From Lachnospiraceae bacterium (lineage in GTDB: Bacteria; Bacillota; Clostridia; Lachnospirales; Lachnospiraceae): a DNA stretch of 64,000 bases. The notes under the pieces were generated by a model that saw only the letters and a list, made by a program, of their open reading frames with translations, was not told the origin of the DNA and did not search any database. The stretch is from the NCBI GenBank assembly GCA_016285265.1, contig JAEEQL010000001.1, forward strand, positions 5,003 to 69,002, in the 5' to 3' direction. Position numbers and translations under genes: made by a program. Positions 1-10,979 of this stretch are shown one piece after another; the first letter of the stretch is position 1; the number at the start of each line of letters is the position of its first letter.

Positions 1-11
1 GAGGAAGTATT

Positions 12-1151
12 TTGAGTTCGAATTTTAAACTGATCAAAAAAGACGGAAATGCAAGAAGAGGAGAGCTGATCACCGTACACGGAACCGTTCAGACCCCTCT
101 TTTTATGAATGTCGGAACCGTGGCTGCGATCAAGGGCGGAGTAAGCTCCGAGGACCTTGAAAATATCGGATGCCAGGTTGAACTTTCCAATACATATCAT
201 CTCCATGTACGTACCGGAGATGAGCTTATTAAGAGGTTCGGCGGTCTTCATAAGTTTATGGACTGGAAAAAGCCGATCCTTACAGATTCCGGAGGATTCC
301 AGGTATTCTCGCTTGCTTCAATGAGAAAGATCAAGGAAGAAGGAGTCACCTTCAGAAGCCACATAGACGGTCATAAGATCTTCATGGGACCCGAGGAGAG
401 CATGAGGATACAGAGCAATCTCGGTTCGACCATCGCAATGGCATTCGATGAATGTCCTCCCGCAAAGGCCGAAAGGGAATATGTTCTTCCTTCCGTACAG
501 CGAACGGAAAGATGGCTTGAAAGATGCAAGGCCGAGATGGACAGACTAAATTCCCTTGAAGACACCATCAACAAAAACCAGCTCCTTTTCGGAATAAACC
601 AGGGTGCCGTTTATAACGATATCCGTATAGAAAATGCAAAGAGGATCTCGGAACTGGATCTTCCCGGTTATGCGATCGGAGGACTTGCGGTCGGAGAGAC
701 TCATGAAGAGATGTATGATGTCCTCGATAATACCGCTCCTTATCTCCCCGAAGATAAGCCCAAATATCTTATGGGAGTTGGAACACCTACAAATATCCTC
801 GAAGCCGTCGACCGCGGAATAGATATGTTCGACTGCGTATATCCTTCGAGGAATGGACGCCACGGACATCTCTATACGCATCACGGCAAGATCAATATCA
901 ACAATGCCAAGTATGCGGAGGATGACAGGCCGATAGAGGAAGGATGCGGATGTCCCGCATGCAGAAGATATTCAAGGGCTTACATCCGTCATCTGCACAA
1001 AGCCGGTGAGATGCTGGGATTAAGACTCTGCGTACTTCACAATCTGTATTTTTACAATCATCTTATGGAAGAGATAAGGGATGCCATAGATGAAGGCAGA
1101 TATAAGGAATTCAAGAACTCACTGATCGAAGATCTGAACGGATCCGACTGA
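12..1151 (+). CDS. tgt: Queuine tRNA-ribosyltransferase
   Basis: TTG start after GAGGAAG; motifs NTYHL, ILTDSGGFQVFSL, DMFDCV, Zn site CGCPAC; upstream of yajC as usual. Confidence 0.97.
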   Translation: MSSNFKLIKKDGNARRGELITVHGTVQTPLFMNVGTVAAIKGGVSSEDLENIGCQVELSNTYHLHVRTGDELIKRFGGLHKFMDWKKPILTDSGGFQVFSLASMRKIKEEGVTFRSHIDGHKIFMGPEESMRIQSNLGSTIAMAFDECPPAKAEREYVLPSVQRTERWLERCKAEMDRLNSLEDTINKNQLLFGINQGAVYNDIRIENAKRISELDLPGYAIGGLAVGETHEEMYDVLDNTAPYLPEDKPKYLMGVGTPTNILEAVDRGIDMFDCVYPSRNGRHGHLYTHHGKININNAKYAEDDRPIEEGCGCPACRRYSRAYIRHLHKAGEMLGLRLCVLHNLYFYNHLMEEIRDAIDEGRYKEFKNSLIEDLNGSD

Positions 1152-1171
1152 TCCGAAAGGAGGAAATGTAT

Positions 1172-1978
1172 ATGAAAAAACTTCTTATTTCAGTTGCTGC
1201 ATTTTTTACAATGGTTTTCTGTTTCGGCGTATCGGTTGAAGCGGCTCCCGTTAAGATGGCCGACGGCCAGCTCTTTGATGCGCAGTATTATGCACAGAAT
1301 AACCCCGATGTCGTAGCAGCTTTCGGAACAGATGTAAACTGGCTCTACCTTCACTATACTGTGTGCGGTAAGACCGAAGGCAGACTTCCTTACGATCCTT
1401 CTTACGGCAGTGGTTCTTCATCAGGCGGATTCAACGCAGCATATTATGCCGCAAGATATCCCGATGTTGCCGCAGTGTTCGGAAATGATCCCACACTTCT
1501 CAGGATGCATTACGATCTTTGCGGAAAAGCAGAGGGCAGATTCCCTAATGCCGAAGCCGAGCTTGCAACCATGCCCGGACCAATGCCCGTTTATATCGTA
1601 AGCATTTCAAGTGAAGAACAGCAGGTGCTTGACCTTGTTAATGCCGAGCGTGCCAAGTACGGACTTGCTCCTTTGGCCTGGGATTCCTCAAACCTTGGAC
1701 CCGGCGCTGCACTCAGGGCTCAGGAAATCTCGGTTTACTTTTCTCATACAAGACCTGACGGATCGAGCTGCTTTACCGCAATAACCAATCCCGGAATTGT
1801 AGGAGAAAACATCGCCGCAGGTCAGCGCTCCGCCCAGGAGGTCATGAATTCCTGGATGAACAGTCCGGGACACAGGGCCAACATCCTTGATGCCCGCTTT
1901 ACCAGACTCGGAGTAGGATATTTATATTCTCCCTCGTCTCATTACAAATTTTACTGGGTACAGATGTTCTCGTCATAA
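1172..1978 (+). CDS. Secreted CAP/SCP-domain protein with two N-terminal ~40-aa repeats
   Basis: SD AGGAGG 1158-1163; signal peptide MKKLLISVAAFF..VEA; CAP motifs LVNAER, HTRPDG, GENIA, WMNSPGHRANIL. Confidence 0.88.
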   Translation: MKKLLISVAAFFTMVFCFGVSVEAAPVKMADGQLFDAQYYAQNNPDVVAAFGTDVNWLYLHYTVCGKTEGRLPYDPSYGSGSSSGGFNAAYYAARYPDVAAVFGNDPTLLRMHYDLCGKAEGRFPNAEAELATMPGPMPVYIVSISSEEQQVLDLVNAERAKYGLAPLAWDSSNLGPGAALRAQEISVYFSHTRPDGSSCFTAITNPGIVGENIAAGQRSAQEVMNSWMNSPGHRANILDARFTRLGVGYLYSPSSHYKFYWVQMFSS

Positions 1979-1987
1979 ATTTTTTAT

Positions 1988-2016
1988 TTGATACTTTTGC
2001 GGATATCGTGTATCAT
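1988..2016 (+). promoter_or_regulatory. Sigma-A promoter of yajC
   Basis: TTGATA-17bp-TATCAT. Confidence 0.6.
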
Positions 2017-2066
2017 CAGACATGTTGCGGGAAAATTCGCAAAAGAAACGATCGGAGGAATTATAA

Positions 2067-2417
2067 ATGAACTTTATGCTTCTTACAGCTGATGCTGCTC
2101 AGAGTGATGCTACAGGATCCATTCTTTCAATGGTTCTTATATACGGTGTTCTTATCTTTGCTCTCTGGTTCTTCTTCATGAGACCCCAGAAGAAAGAGCA
2201 GAAGAGAACCCAGGAGATGCTCTCCACCCTTGAGAACGGTGATATCGTTTGTACCACTTCAGGCTTCTACGGAACGATCATCGATATCCAGGAAGATATG
2301 GTCATTGTTGAGTTCGGAAATAACCGTAACTGCCGTATCCCGATGGAAAAGTCCGCTATCGCCAAGGTAGAAAAGCCCGGACAGGCTTCCGCATCCGATT
2401 CCGATTCCAAGAAATAA
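2067..2417 (+). CDS. yajC: Preprotein translocase subunit YajC
   Basis: Single TM then RPQKKEQK, GDIVCTTSGFYGTI; SD GGAGG. Confidence 0.95.
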   Translation: MNFMLLTADAAQSDATGSILSMVLIYGVLIFALWFFFMRPQKKEQKRTQEMLSTLENGDIVCTTSGFYGTIIDIQEDMVIVEFGNNRNCRIPMEKSAIAKVEKPGQASASDSDSKK

Positions 2418-2436
2418 TTTAGATCATATTATCTTT

Positions 2437-2470
2437 AAGCCCTTAGGAATCCATCCTAAGGGCTTTTTTT
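2437..2470 (+). terminator. Intrinsic terminator after yajC
   Basis: 12-bp stem AAGCCCTTAGGA/TCCTAAGGGCTT followed by a T-run. Confidence 0.9.
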
Positions 2471-2508
2471 GTATATTTGCTTCATACGAAAAAGGTTAAA
2501 TACGCCCC

Positions 2509-2537
2509 TTGAATTTCACAATTTAATACGATAAATT
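2509..2537 (+). promoter_or_regulatory. Putative sigma-A promoter of leuB-ilvD-ilvB
   Basis: TTGAAT-17bp-TAAATT. Confidence 0.45.
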
Positions 2538-2571
2538 AGAAATGTCGCATTTTTTGCGAAAAGGAGACACT

Positions 2572-3657
2572 ATGAAACTTAACATTGTATGTATTCCCGG
2601 TGACGGGATCGGTCCCGAAATTGTTGCGCAGGCCAGGAAGGTGCTTGAAAAAGTGGCTTCTGTTTACGGTCATGAGATGGTCTTTACGGATATTCTGATG
2701 GGCGGAGCATCCATTGATGCCTGCGGTGAGCCTCTTACCCAGGAAGCTATCGATACCGCAAAGGCTGCAGATGCAGTACTTATGGGTTCCATAGGCGGAA
2801 ACACCACCACGAGCCCCTGGTACAAGCTTCCTCCCGAGAAAAGACCCGAAGCAGGTCTTCTTAAGATAAGAAAAGAGCTCGGACTCTTTGCCAACTTAAG
2901 ACCCGCATATCTTTTCCCCGAGCTTGCAGACGCATGTCCCCTTGCAAGCGAGACCTCAGGTAAGGGCTTCGACCTTCTTATCATGAGAGAGCTTACCGGC
3001 GGACTTTATTTCGGAGAAAGACATACCGAGGTTGTGAACGGACTCAGAACAGCCGTCGATACACTTACATATAATGAAGAAGAAATAAGAAGAATTGCTA
3101 TCAAGGCATTCGAAGCCGCAAGGAAGAGAAAGAAGAAGGTTACTTCCGTAGATAAGGCTAATGTCCTTGATTCCTCAAGACTCTGGAGAGCCGTTACCGC
3201 AGAGGTGGCCAAGGATTATCCCGATGTAGAGCTTGAGAATATGCTCGTTGATAACTGCGCAATGCAGCTCGTCAAGGATCCCGCCCAGTTTGATGTTGTA
3301 CTTACCGAGAATATGTTCGGTGACATTCTTTCCGATGAAGCCAGCATGATAACCGGTTCGATAGGAATGCTTTCATCCGCATCACTTAACGAGACCAAGT
3401 TCGGACTTTATGAGCCCAGCCACGGCTCCGCTCCCGACATCGCTGGTCAGGATATCGCAAACCCCATCGCAACAATTCTTTCCGCTGCAATGATGCTGAA
3501 GTTCTCCTTTGACCTGAATAAGGAAGGCGATGCCATCGAAGCGGCAGTAAAGCAGGTTCTTAAGGACGGTTTCAGAACCGGGGATATTTATTCGGAAGGC
3601 TGCGAGAAGGTAGGATGCACACGTATGGGTGATCTTATCTGTGACAGGATCAAATAA
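2572..3657 (+). CDS. leuB: 3-isopropylmalate dehydrogenase
   Basis: [38 protein letters not shown]; start set at ATG after AAAGGAG. Confidence 0.97.
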   Translation: MKLNIVCIPGDGIGPEIVAQARKVLEKVASVYGHEMVFTDILMGGASIDACGEPLTQEAIDTAKAADAVLMGSIGGNTTTSPWYKLPPEKRPEAGLLKIRKELGLFANLRPAYLFPELADACPLASETSGKGFDLLIMRELTGGLYFGERHTEVVNGLRTAVDTLTYNEEEIRRIAIKAFEAARKRKKKVTSVDKANVLDSSRLWRAVTAEVAKDYPDVELENMLVDNCAMQLVKDPAQFDVVLTENMFGDILSDEASMITGSIGMLSSASLNETKFGLYEPSHGSAPDIAGQDIANPIATILSAAMMLKFSFDLNKEGDAIEAAVKQVLKDGFRTGDIYSEGCEKVGCTRMGDLICDRIK

Positions 3658-3698
3658 ATCAGAAGTACTGATCAAATAAAGTAGGAGAGGTTAAAACC

Positions 3699-5372
3699 AT
3701 GAGAAGTGATTCCGTAAAAGTCGGTGACGCACAGGCGCCCCACAGAAGTCTTTTTAACGCACTTGGAATGACAGAAGAAGAGAGAAAGCGTCCTCTGATC
3801 GGTATCGTTACTTCATATAACGAGATCGTTCCCGGACATATGAATCTCGATAAGATAGCCGAGGCAGTCAAGCTCGGTGTTGCAATGGCAGGCGGTACTC
3901 CCGTGCTTTTCCCTGCAATCGCAGTATGTGACGGTATCGCTATGGGACATATCGGAATGAAGTACAGCCTTGTCACCAGAGACCTCATTGCCGACTCAAC
4001 CGAGTGTATGGCAATGGCTCACGGTTTTGACGGACTTGTATGCATACCCAACTGCGACAAGAATGTTCCCGGACTTCTTATGGCCGCAGCAAGGGTCAAT
4101 ATTCCCACCGTTTTCGTTTCCGGCGGCCCCATGCTCGCAGGTCACGTTCACGGCAAGAAGAGAAGCCTTTCTTCCATGTTCGAAGCAGTCGGAACCTATG
4201 CTGCAGGCAACATGACCAAAGAAGAACTTACCGAGTTTGAGGAGAAGGTATGCCCCACATGCGGATCTTGCTCAGGTATGTATACCGCAAACTCCATGAA
4301 CTGCCTTACCGAAGCGATCGGTATGGGCCTTAAAGGAAACGGAACCATCCCCGCTGTTTATTCCGAGCGTATCAGACTTGCAAAACATGCCGGAATGAAG
4401 ATCATGGAGCTTGTTGAAAAGAACATCCGTCCCAGGGACATCATGACCGACAAGGCATTCAAGAATGCACTTACCGTAGATATGGCTCTCGGATGCTCAA
4501 CCAATACCATGCTCCATATTCCCGCCATCGCTAAGGAAGCCGGTGTCGAGCTCAACATGGAGATGGTCAACGAGCTTTCGGCCAAGACTCCCAACCTCTG
4601 CCACCTTGCTCCCGCAGGTCCCACTTATATGGAAGACCTCAATGAGGCAGGCGGTGTATATGCTGTAATGAATGAGCTCTCCAAGAAGGGTCTCATCGAA
4701 GAGGATTGCTTGACCGCTAATGCAACCACCATCGGCGAGAATATCAAAAACTGCATTAACCGCGATCCGGAAGTCATCCGTCCCATCGACAATCCTTACA
4801 TGGCTACCGGCGGAATCGCAGTTCTTAAGGGTAACCTCGCTCCCGATACCGGTGTTGTCAAGCAGTCCGCTGTTGTTCCCGAGATGCTTGTCCACGAAGG
4901 ACCCGCAAGAGTATTTGACTGTGAAGAAGATGCGATCGCAGCTATCAAGGGCGGCAAGATCGTTGCGGGTGACGTGGTCGTCATCAGATATGAAGGACCT
5001 AAGGGCGGTCCCGGAATGAGAGAGATGCTCAATCCCACCTCCGCTATCGCGGGAATGGGACTCGGATCATCAGTAGCTCTTATCACTGACGGAAGATTCT
5101 CCGGTGCATCCAGAGGCGCATCCATCGGACATGTTTCGCCCGAAGCTGCAGTTGGAGGACCTATTGCACTTGTTCAGGAAGGCGATATCATTTCAATCGA
5201 CATCCCTAACAGAAAGCTTGATGTCAAGATTTCCGATGAGGAGATGGCTGACAGACGTAAAGCATGGACTCCCAGAGAGCCCAAGGTCAATACCGGATAT
5301 CTTGCAAGATACAGAGAGCTTGTTACCAGCGGAAACCGCGGTGCCGTTCTCGAGATCCCCGGAAATAAATAA
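3699..5372 (+). CDS. ilvD: Dihydroxy-acid dehydratase
   Basis: [46 protein letters not shown]. Confidence 0.97.
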   Translation: MRSDSVKVGDAQAPHRSLFNALGMTEEERKRPLIGIVTSYNEIVPGHMNLDKIAEAVKLGVAMAGGTPVLFPAIAVCDGIAMGHIGMKYSLVTRDLIADSTECMAMAHGFDGLVCIPNCDKNVPGLLMAAARVNIPTVFVSGGPMLAGHVHGKKRSLSSMFEAVGTYAAGNMTKEELTEFEEKVCPTCGSCSGMYTANSMNCLTEAIGMGLKGNGTIPAVYSERIRLAKHAGMKIMELVEKNIRPRDIMTDKAFKNALTVDMALGCSTNTMLHIPAIAKEAGVELNMEMVNELSAKTPNLCHLAPAGPTYMEDLNEAGGVYAVMNELSKKGLIEEDCLTANATTIGENIKNCINRDPEVIRPIDNPYMATGGIAVLKGNLAPDTGVVKQSAVVPEMLVHEGPARVFDCEEDAIAAIKGGKIVAGDVVVIRYEGPKGGPGMREMLNPTSAIAGMGLGSSVALITDGRFSGASRGASIGHVSPEAAVGGPIALVQEGDIISIDIPNRKLDVKISDEEMADRRKAWTPREPKVNTGYLARYRELVTSGNRGAVLEIPGNK

Positions 5373-5416
5373 GATTTACATATCAGGATAATTTAGATTT
5401 AGGAGAATTTTAAACT

Positions 5417-7090
5417 ATGGAGATGAACGGATCTGAAATAGTTGTTGCATGTCTGAAGGAACAGGGAGTTGATACCGTATTCGGATATCCCGGAGGAACG
5501 ATCCTCAATATCTATGATGCACTTTACAAGCATCAGGATGAGATCAGACACGTACTTACCAGCCACGAGCAGGGTGCCGCACACGCCGCAGACGGTTATG
5601 CAAGGGCAACCGGCAGGGTCGGTGTCGTCATGGCTACTTCAGGCCCCGGTGCAACCAATCTTGTTACCGGTATTGCGACCGCATATATGGATTCCGTTCC
5701 CCTTGTAGCAATCACTGCCAATGTTAATCTTCCCCTTCTCGGAAAGGACACCTTCCAGGAGATAGACATTGTCGGTGTTACAATGCCCATTACCAAGCAC
5801 GGATTTATCGTAAAGAATATCAAGGACCTTGCACCTACCATCCGCAAGGCATTCAAGATCGCAAAGACCGGCCGTCCCGGCCCCGTTCTTGTTGATATAA
5901 CCAAGGATGTTACCGCAGCGGTTTATGATTATGAGCCCGTTAATCCCGCTGAGCCCGAAAGAGAGACCAGGTTCACGGAGCAGGATCTTAACAAGGTTGC
6001 CGAGCTTCTCTGCAAGGCAAAGAAACCTTTCATATATGTAGGCGGCGGTGCGATCATTTCCGATGCATCCGAAGAGGTCAAGGAACTTGCGGATCTTCTC
6101 GATGCTCCCGTATGTGATACCCTTATGGGCAAGGGCGCTTTCGACGGTAACTCCGACCGTTATACCGGAATGATAGGTATGCACGGAACCAAGGCTTCCA
6201 ACCTCGGTGTTACGGAGTGCGATCTCCTTCTTGCACTCGGTGCGAGATTTTCCGACAGGGTTACAGGTAACCCCAAGAAGTTTGCCGAGAATGCCAAGGT
6301 TGTACACCTTGACGTTGATGCAGCGGAGATCAGCAAGAACATTCCCGCCGATGCATGTCTTATCGGAGATCTTAAGTCCACACTCAGGGCACTCAATCCT
6401 CTTATCACAAAGCAGGATCACTCGGAGTGGATGGCACATATCGCCGATCTTAAGAAAAAGTATCCTCTCGGATATGACGACAGCCAGCTTTCTTGCCCTT
6501 ACATCATTTCCGAGCTTGACCGAATAACAGGCGGAAAGGCCATCGTTTCCACCGATGTAGGACAGCACCAGATGTGGGCCGCACAGTATTTCCATTACAC
6601 CAGGCCCAGGACATTCCTTTCATCCGGCGGACTCGGAACAATGGGATACGGACTCGGTGCCTGTATCGGTGCACAGGTCGGCCGTCCCGATGACATCTGC
6701 GTAAATATCGCGGGCGACGGATGCTTCAGAATGAACATGAACGAGCTTGCCACAGCTTCAAGATACAATATTCCAATCATCGAGATCGTCATCAATAACC
6801 ATGTTCTCGGAATGGTAAGACAGTGGCAGACTCTTTTCTACGGAAAGAGATATTCACAGACCGTTCTCAATGATGCGGTTGATTTCTGCAAGGTAGCCGA
6901 AGGTCTCGGCTGCAAAGCGATCAAGGTTACCAAAAAGGAAGAAGTTGCAAAGGCTATAGAAGATGCGATCGCCGCTAAGGCTCCTGTTCTCATCGAGTGC
7001 ATCATTCCCGAGGATGATAAGGTCTTCCCCATGGTTCCCGCGGGAGCACCCTTGAGCGAAGTGTTTGACGCCAACGATATAAAGGAATGA
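5417..7090 (+). CDS. ilvB: Acetolactate synthase large subunit
   Basis: FGYPGG, HEQGAAHAADGYAR, SGPGATN, DVGQHQMWAAQ, GTMGYG, TPP motif GDGCFRMN..N. Confidence 0.96.
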   Translation: MEMNGSEIVVACLKEQGVDTVFGYPGGTILNIYDALYKHQDEIRHVLTSHEQGAAHAADGYARATGRVGVVMATSGPGATNLVTGIATAYMDSVPLVAITANVNLPLLGKDTFQEIDIVGVTMPITKHGFIVKNIKDLAPTIRKAFKIAKTGRPGPVLVDITKDVTAAVYDYEPVNPAEPERETRFTEQDLNKVAELLCKAKKPFIYVGGGAIISDASEEVKELADLLDAPVCDTLMGKGAFDGNSDRYTGMIGMHGTKASNLGVTECDLLLALGARFSDRVTGNPKKFAENAKVVHLDVDAAEISKNIPADACLIGDLKSTLRALNPLITKQDHSEWMAHIADLKKKYPLGYDDSQLSCPYIISELDRITGGKAIVSTDVGQHQMWAAQYFHYTRPRTFLSSGGLGTMGYGLGACIGAQVGRPDDICVNIAGDGCFRMNMNELATASRYNIPIIEIVINNHVLGMVRQWQTLFYGKRYSQTVLNDAVDFCKVAEGLGCKAIKVTKKEEVAKAIEDAIAAKAPVLIECIIPEDDKVFPMVPAGAPLSEVFDANDIKE

Positions 7091-7097
7091 TCACCGG

Positions 7098-8522
7098 ATG
7101 TCCGATTCAGTCAACAAACATAAAAAACTGATCGTCTGGATATCGATCATTTTCGGACTTCTGCTTTTGACCTATCTTGCGGTTTCCTTTTACTTCATGA
7201 ACAGGTTTCTTCCGAATACCTGGATATACGGAGTATATGCGACCGGAAGAAGCGCCGATGCGGTTGCCGCCGAAGCCAATGCGAATATCAGATATCCCGA
7301 TATTAGGATAGTATGGGCGGACGGCAGTGAATCGGTCATCGATCCTTCAAGCGTCGACCTTAATGTCGATCTCAGCAAGGGTGTATATAACATCAAGGCA
7401 CGCGAGAATGCTTTTCTCTGGCCCAAGGCTTTTTTTACCTCCGTTTATATAGGAGATGAGATAGAGATTTCCTATAACAGCGACAAGCTCAGAGCTGAAT
7501 TTGAAAAGCTTGATGCTGTACTTAAGGAAAAGAATGATACTCCGGTATATAAGATCGTATTTGACCCGGAGACCGGATACGGAGTGTTCGATAATCACGA
7601 AGGCCGTATCAATCTCGATAAAGTTCTTGCCGTATTGAATCAGAAGCTTTCCGAAGGAACCACGCTTCTTGTTCTCGATGATTCGTTCTATATCGACGAG
7701 CCTTATTCAAATGAAGAAAAGGCGCTCCAAAGAGAATGGGAAGAGCTTTCGGATTATCTTACCACCGATCTTGTTTATGACATGGGAGCCGAGAAGATAG
7801 TTTTCGATTCATCCGTTATGAGCTTTCTGATCGTATCAAGGAACGGAATGCCCGTTAAGGATGATGACGGCGGATACATGATCGATGATGAGGCTGTCGA
7901 AAAGTGGGTCGACGATCTTTGCGAAGCCTATGATACATACGGACTCGACAGGGAATTTAAAGCCAGCAACGGAAAGACCGTAACGATACCTGCTTTTTAT
8001 TCGACCTACGGAACCGAGATTGACCATGATGCCGAGCTCAGATTCCTTAAGGGAATGCTTTACTCCGACACTTTAAGGGACGGAGAAGAGGATGTACATA
8101 TTCCCCGGTATACCCACGAAGCAACCTTCAGGGGACTTAACGATATAGGCGATACTTATATAGAAGTCGATCTTTCCGACCAGTACATGTACTATTACAA
8201 AAACGGAGAGCTGATACTGGAGACCGACATCGTGTCGGGTGATATTCCCAAGGGATGGACAACTCCCAGAGGAGTATTTGCGATAAGCGGCAAATATACC
8301 GATACCTATCTCTATGGCAGGGATTACATTGATTTCGTTTCATACTGGATGCCTTATTTCAGAGGCTACGGTCTGCATGATTCCGACTGGAGGGATGAAT
8401 GGGGCGGTGACATTTACACCTATGACGGCTCGCACGGCTGCATAAATATGTGTAAGGATTCGGCCAGGACGGTATATGAGAATATCGAGATAGGAACTCC
8501 TGTCGTAGTTTACGATTATTAG
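7098..8522 (+). CDS. Membrane-anchored L,D-transpeptidase (YkuD family) with central peptidoglycan-binding-like region
   Basis: N-terminal TM; C-terminal YIEVDLSDQ, TPRG, GLHD, catalytic SHGCIN. Confidence 0.88.
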   Translation: MSDSVNKHKKLIVWISIIFGLLLLTYLAVSFYFMNRFLPNTWIYGVYATGRSADAVAAEANANIRYPDIRIVWADGSESVIDPSSVDLNVDLSKGVYNIKARENAFLWPKAFFTSVYIGDEIEISYNSDKLRAEFEKLDAVLKEKNDTPVYKIVFDPETGYGVFDNHEGRINLDKVLAVLNQKLSEGTTLLVLDDSFYIDEPYSNEEKALQREWEELSDYLTTDLVYDMGAEKIVFDSSVMSFLIVSRNGMPVKDDDGGYMIDDEAVEKWVDDLCEAYDTYGLDREFKASNGKTVTIPAFYSTYGTEIDHDAELRFLKGMLYSDTLRDGEEDVHIPRYTHEATFRGLNDIGDTYIEVDLSDQYMYYYKNGELILETDIVSGDIPKGWTTPRGVFAISGKYTDTYLYGRDYIDFVSYWMPYFRGYGLHDSDWRDEWGGDIYTYDGSHGCINMCKDSARTVYENIEIGTPVVVYDY

Positions 8523-8643
8523 TTGACTTAAGGCTCCAAAAAGAATATTTTAAAGAGGTTAATAATTTTTCGAAAGTTAGGCGGACGATCGATCCGCTTA
8601 CATAATACATTTGCCGCGATCGCGGTTACTTAGGAGGTAAAAA

Positions 8644-9726
8644 ATGTCAAGAGTTTATAATTTCTCGGCGGGACCTGCAGTATTACCTGAAGAGGTTCTC
8701 AAAGAAGCAGCAGAAGAGATGATGGATTACAAGGGATCCGGTCAGTCCGTAATGGAAATGAGCCACAGATCCAAGGTTTACGATACCATCATTAAAGAAG
8801 CTGAAGCAGATCTCAGGGATCTTATGAATATTCCTGACAATTATAAGGTTCTCTTCCTTCAGGGCGGAGCTTCACAGTTCTTCGCAGAAGTTCCCATGAA
8901 CATGATGAAGAATAAGAAAGCCGGATATATCATCACCGGACAGTGGGCAAAGAAGGCATTCCAGGAGGCTAAGATCTATGGTGAGGCTGTAGAGCTTGCA
9001 TCCAGCGCAGATAAGACCTTCAGCTACATCCCCGACTGCTCCGATCTTCCCATCACCGATGATATGGACTACGTATACATCTGTGAGAACAATACCATCT
9101 ACGGAACCAAGTACAAGACCCTTCCCAGCACCAAGGGCAAGATCCTTGTTTCCGATGTTTCATCCTGTTTCCTTTCCGAGCCCGTTGATGTGACCAAGTA
9201 CGGCGTTATCTACGGCGGTGTTCAGAAGAACGTCGGACCTGCAGGATGCGTTATCGCCATCATCAGAGAGGATCTCATCACCGACGAGTGCCTTCCCGGA
9301 ACTCCCACCATGCTCAAGTGGAAGACCCAGGCAGACAACGATTCCCTTTACAACACTCCTCCCTGCTACACCATCTACATCTGCGGCAAGGTATTCAAGT
9401 GGCTCAAGAAGATGGGCGGACTTGAGGAGATGAAGAAGAGAAACGAAGAGAAGGCTAAGATCCTTTATGATTTCCTTGATTCTTCCAAGCTTTTCAAGGG
9501 AACCGTCGTAAAGGAAGACAGATCCCTTATGAACGTTCCTTTTGTTACCGGTAACGAAGAGCTTGACGCCAAGTTCGTAAAGGAAGCAACCGAAGCAGGA
9601 TTCGTAAACCTCAAGGGACACAGATCCGTCGGCGGTATGAGAGCTTCCATCTACAATGCCATGCCTAAAGAGGGCGTTGAGAAGCTTGTAGAGTTCATGA
9701 AGAAATTTGAAGCTGAGAACGCTTGA
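8644..9726 (+). CDS. serC: Phosphoserine aminotransferase
   Basis: NFSAGPA, SVMEMSHRS, FLQGGAS, GVQKNVGP, GHRSVGGMRASIYNA. Confidence 0.97.
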   Translation: MSRVYNFSAGPAVLPEEVLKEAAEEMMDYKGSGQSVMEMSHRSKVYDTIIKEAEADLRDLMNIPDNYKVLFLQGGASQFFAEVPMNMMKNKKAGYIITGQWAKKAFQEAKIYGEAVELASSADKTFSYIPDCSDLPITDDMDYVYICENNTIYGTKYKTLPSTKGKILVSDVSSCFLSEPVDVTKYGVIYGGVQKNVGPAGCVIAIIREDLITDECLPGTPTMLKWKTQADNDSLYNTPPCYTIYICGKVFKWLKKMGGLEEMKKRNEEKAKILYDFLDSSKLFKGTVVKEDRSLMNVPFVTGNEELDAKFVKEATEAGFVNLKGHRSVGGMRASIYNAMPKEGVEKLVEFMKKFEAENA

Positions 9727-9753
9727 TCTTCAGCTATTTGAAAGGAGTTTTTC

Positions 9754-10920
9754 ATGTTTAAGATCAATTGCCTTAATCCTATTTCGCAGGTCGGTCTTGC
9801 CGATCTGACCGGTGATTTCCATATTACCGATAAGGTAGACGAAGCAGAGGGTATCCTTGTAAGAAGCGCTTCCATGCATGAGATGGAGCTTCCCGCGGGG
9901 CTTCTTGCTGTTGCCAGAGCAGGTGCGGGAGTCAACAACATCCCTCTTGATAAGTGCGCAGAGAAGGGTATCGTTGTTTTCAATACCCCCGGTGCAAACG
10001 CTAACGGCGTTAAAGAGCTCGTCCTTGCCGGCATGCTCCTTGCTGCCAGAGATATCGTAGGCGGTATCGAGTGGATCAAGGAAAATGCATCCGATGCGGA
10101 TATTGCCAAGACTGCAGAGAAGCAGAAGAAGAACTACGCAGGAACCGAGATCGCAGGCAAGAAGCTCGGTGTCATCGGACTCGGTGCCATCGGTGTTAAG
10201 GTTGCAAATGCAGCTATCCATCTCGGAATGGAAGTTTACGGATACGATCCTTATCTTTCCGTAAATGCAGCCTGGAACCTTTCCAGAAATGTAAAGCATG
10301 TTGAGAAGGTAGAAGAGATCTATAAGGAGTGCGATTACATCACCATCCATGTTCCCCTTCTTGATTCCACTAAGGGAACGATCAACCGTGATGCGATCTC
10401 CCAGATGAAGGACGGCGTTGTCGTCATTAACTATGCAAGAGACCTTCTTGTTTCCGAGACCGATATGCTTGAGGCTCTCAAGAACGGCAAGGTTGCAAGA
10501 TACGTATCCGATTTCCCCAACCCCACCACCGCAGGACAGCCCGGTGTCATCCTTACTCCCCATCTCGGAGCAAGTACCGAGGAGTCCGAGGACAACTGTG
10601 CTAAGATGGCGGTTGCAGAGATCATGGATTACCTCAACAACGGAAACATCAAGAATTCCGTTAACTATCCCGCAATCGACATGGGACCCTGCGACAACAA
10701 GGGAAGAATCGCTGTATTCCACAAGAATCAGGCTAACATGATCACCCAGTTCACCGCAGTCATCGGTGCCGAGAAGATCAACATCTCCGATATGATGAAC
10801 AAATCCAGAGGAGATTATGCGGTAACACTTCTCGATCTTGATGATGTACCCACTGAGTCTCTCGTTGAGAAGCTCGCAGCAGCTGAAGGCGTTATCCGCG
10901 TAAGAGTAGTAAAAGGATAA
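9754..10920 (+). CDS. serA: D-3-phosphoglycerate dehydrogenase with C-terminal ACT domain
   Basis: ARAGAGVNNI, GVIGLGAIG, HVP, NYAR, TPHLGASTEE; follows serC. Confidence 0.93.
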   Translation: MFKINCLNPISQVGLADLTGDFHITDKVDEAEGILVRSASMHEMELPAGLLAVARAGAGVNNIPLDKCAEKGIVVFNTPGANANGVKELVLAGMLLAARDIVGGIEWIKENASDADIAKTAEKQKKNYAGTEIAGKKLGVIGLGAIGVKVANAAIHLGMEVYGYDPYLSVNAAWNLSRNVKHVEKVEEIYKECDYITIHVPLLDSTKGTINRDAISQMKDGVVVINYARDLLVSETDMLEALKNGKVARYVSDFPNPTTAGQPGVILTPHLGASTEESEDNCAKMAVAEIMDYLNNGNIKNSVNYPAIDMGPCDNKGRIAVFHKNQANMITQFTAVIGAEKINISDMMNKSRGDYAVTLLDLDDVPTESLVEKLAAAEGVIRVRVVKG

Positions 10921-10937
10921 TATCATAACGCATAAGA

Positions 10938-10977
10938 AAGAGTCAGGAGATAACTTCTCCTGACTCTTATTTTTTCT
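10938..10977 (+). terminator. Intrinsic terminator of serC-serA
   Basis: 13-bp stem AAGAGTCAGGAGA/TCTCCTGACTCTT, loop TAACT, then ATTTTTT. Confidence 0.9.
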
Positions 10978-10979
10978 TT

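Noticed and set aside
2418-2571. T-box or attenuator upstream of leuB
   Set aside because: No T-box sequence (AAGGTGGTACC-like) and no leader peptide; the hairpin present is the yajC terminator
5639-6595. Long minus-strand ORFs (also 9730-11130, 30761-31759, 46428-47198 and similar)
   Set aside because: Antisense shadows of well-supported + strand genes with no recognisable motifs; expected from codon bias
8581-8626. Two GC-rich palindromes with a CGATCG core upstream of serC
   Set aside because: Short, no U-tract, no second example in the window; may be a weak terminator or chance
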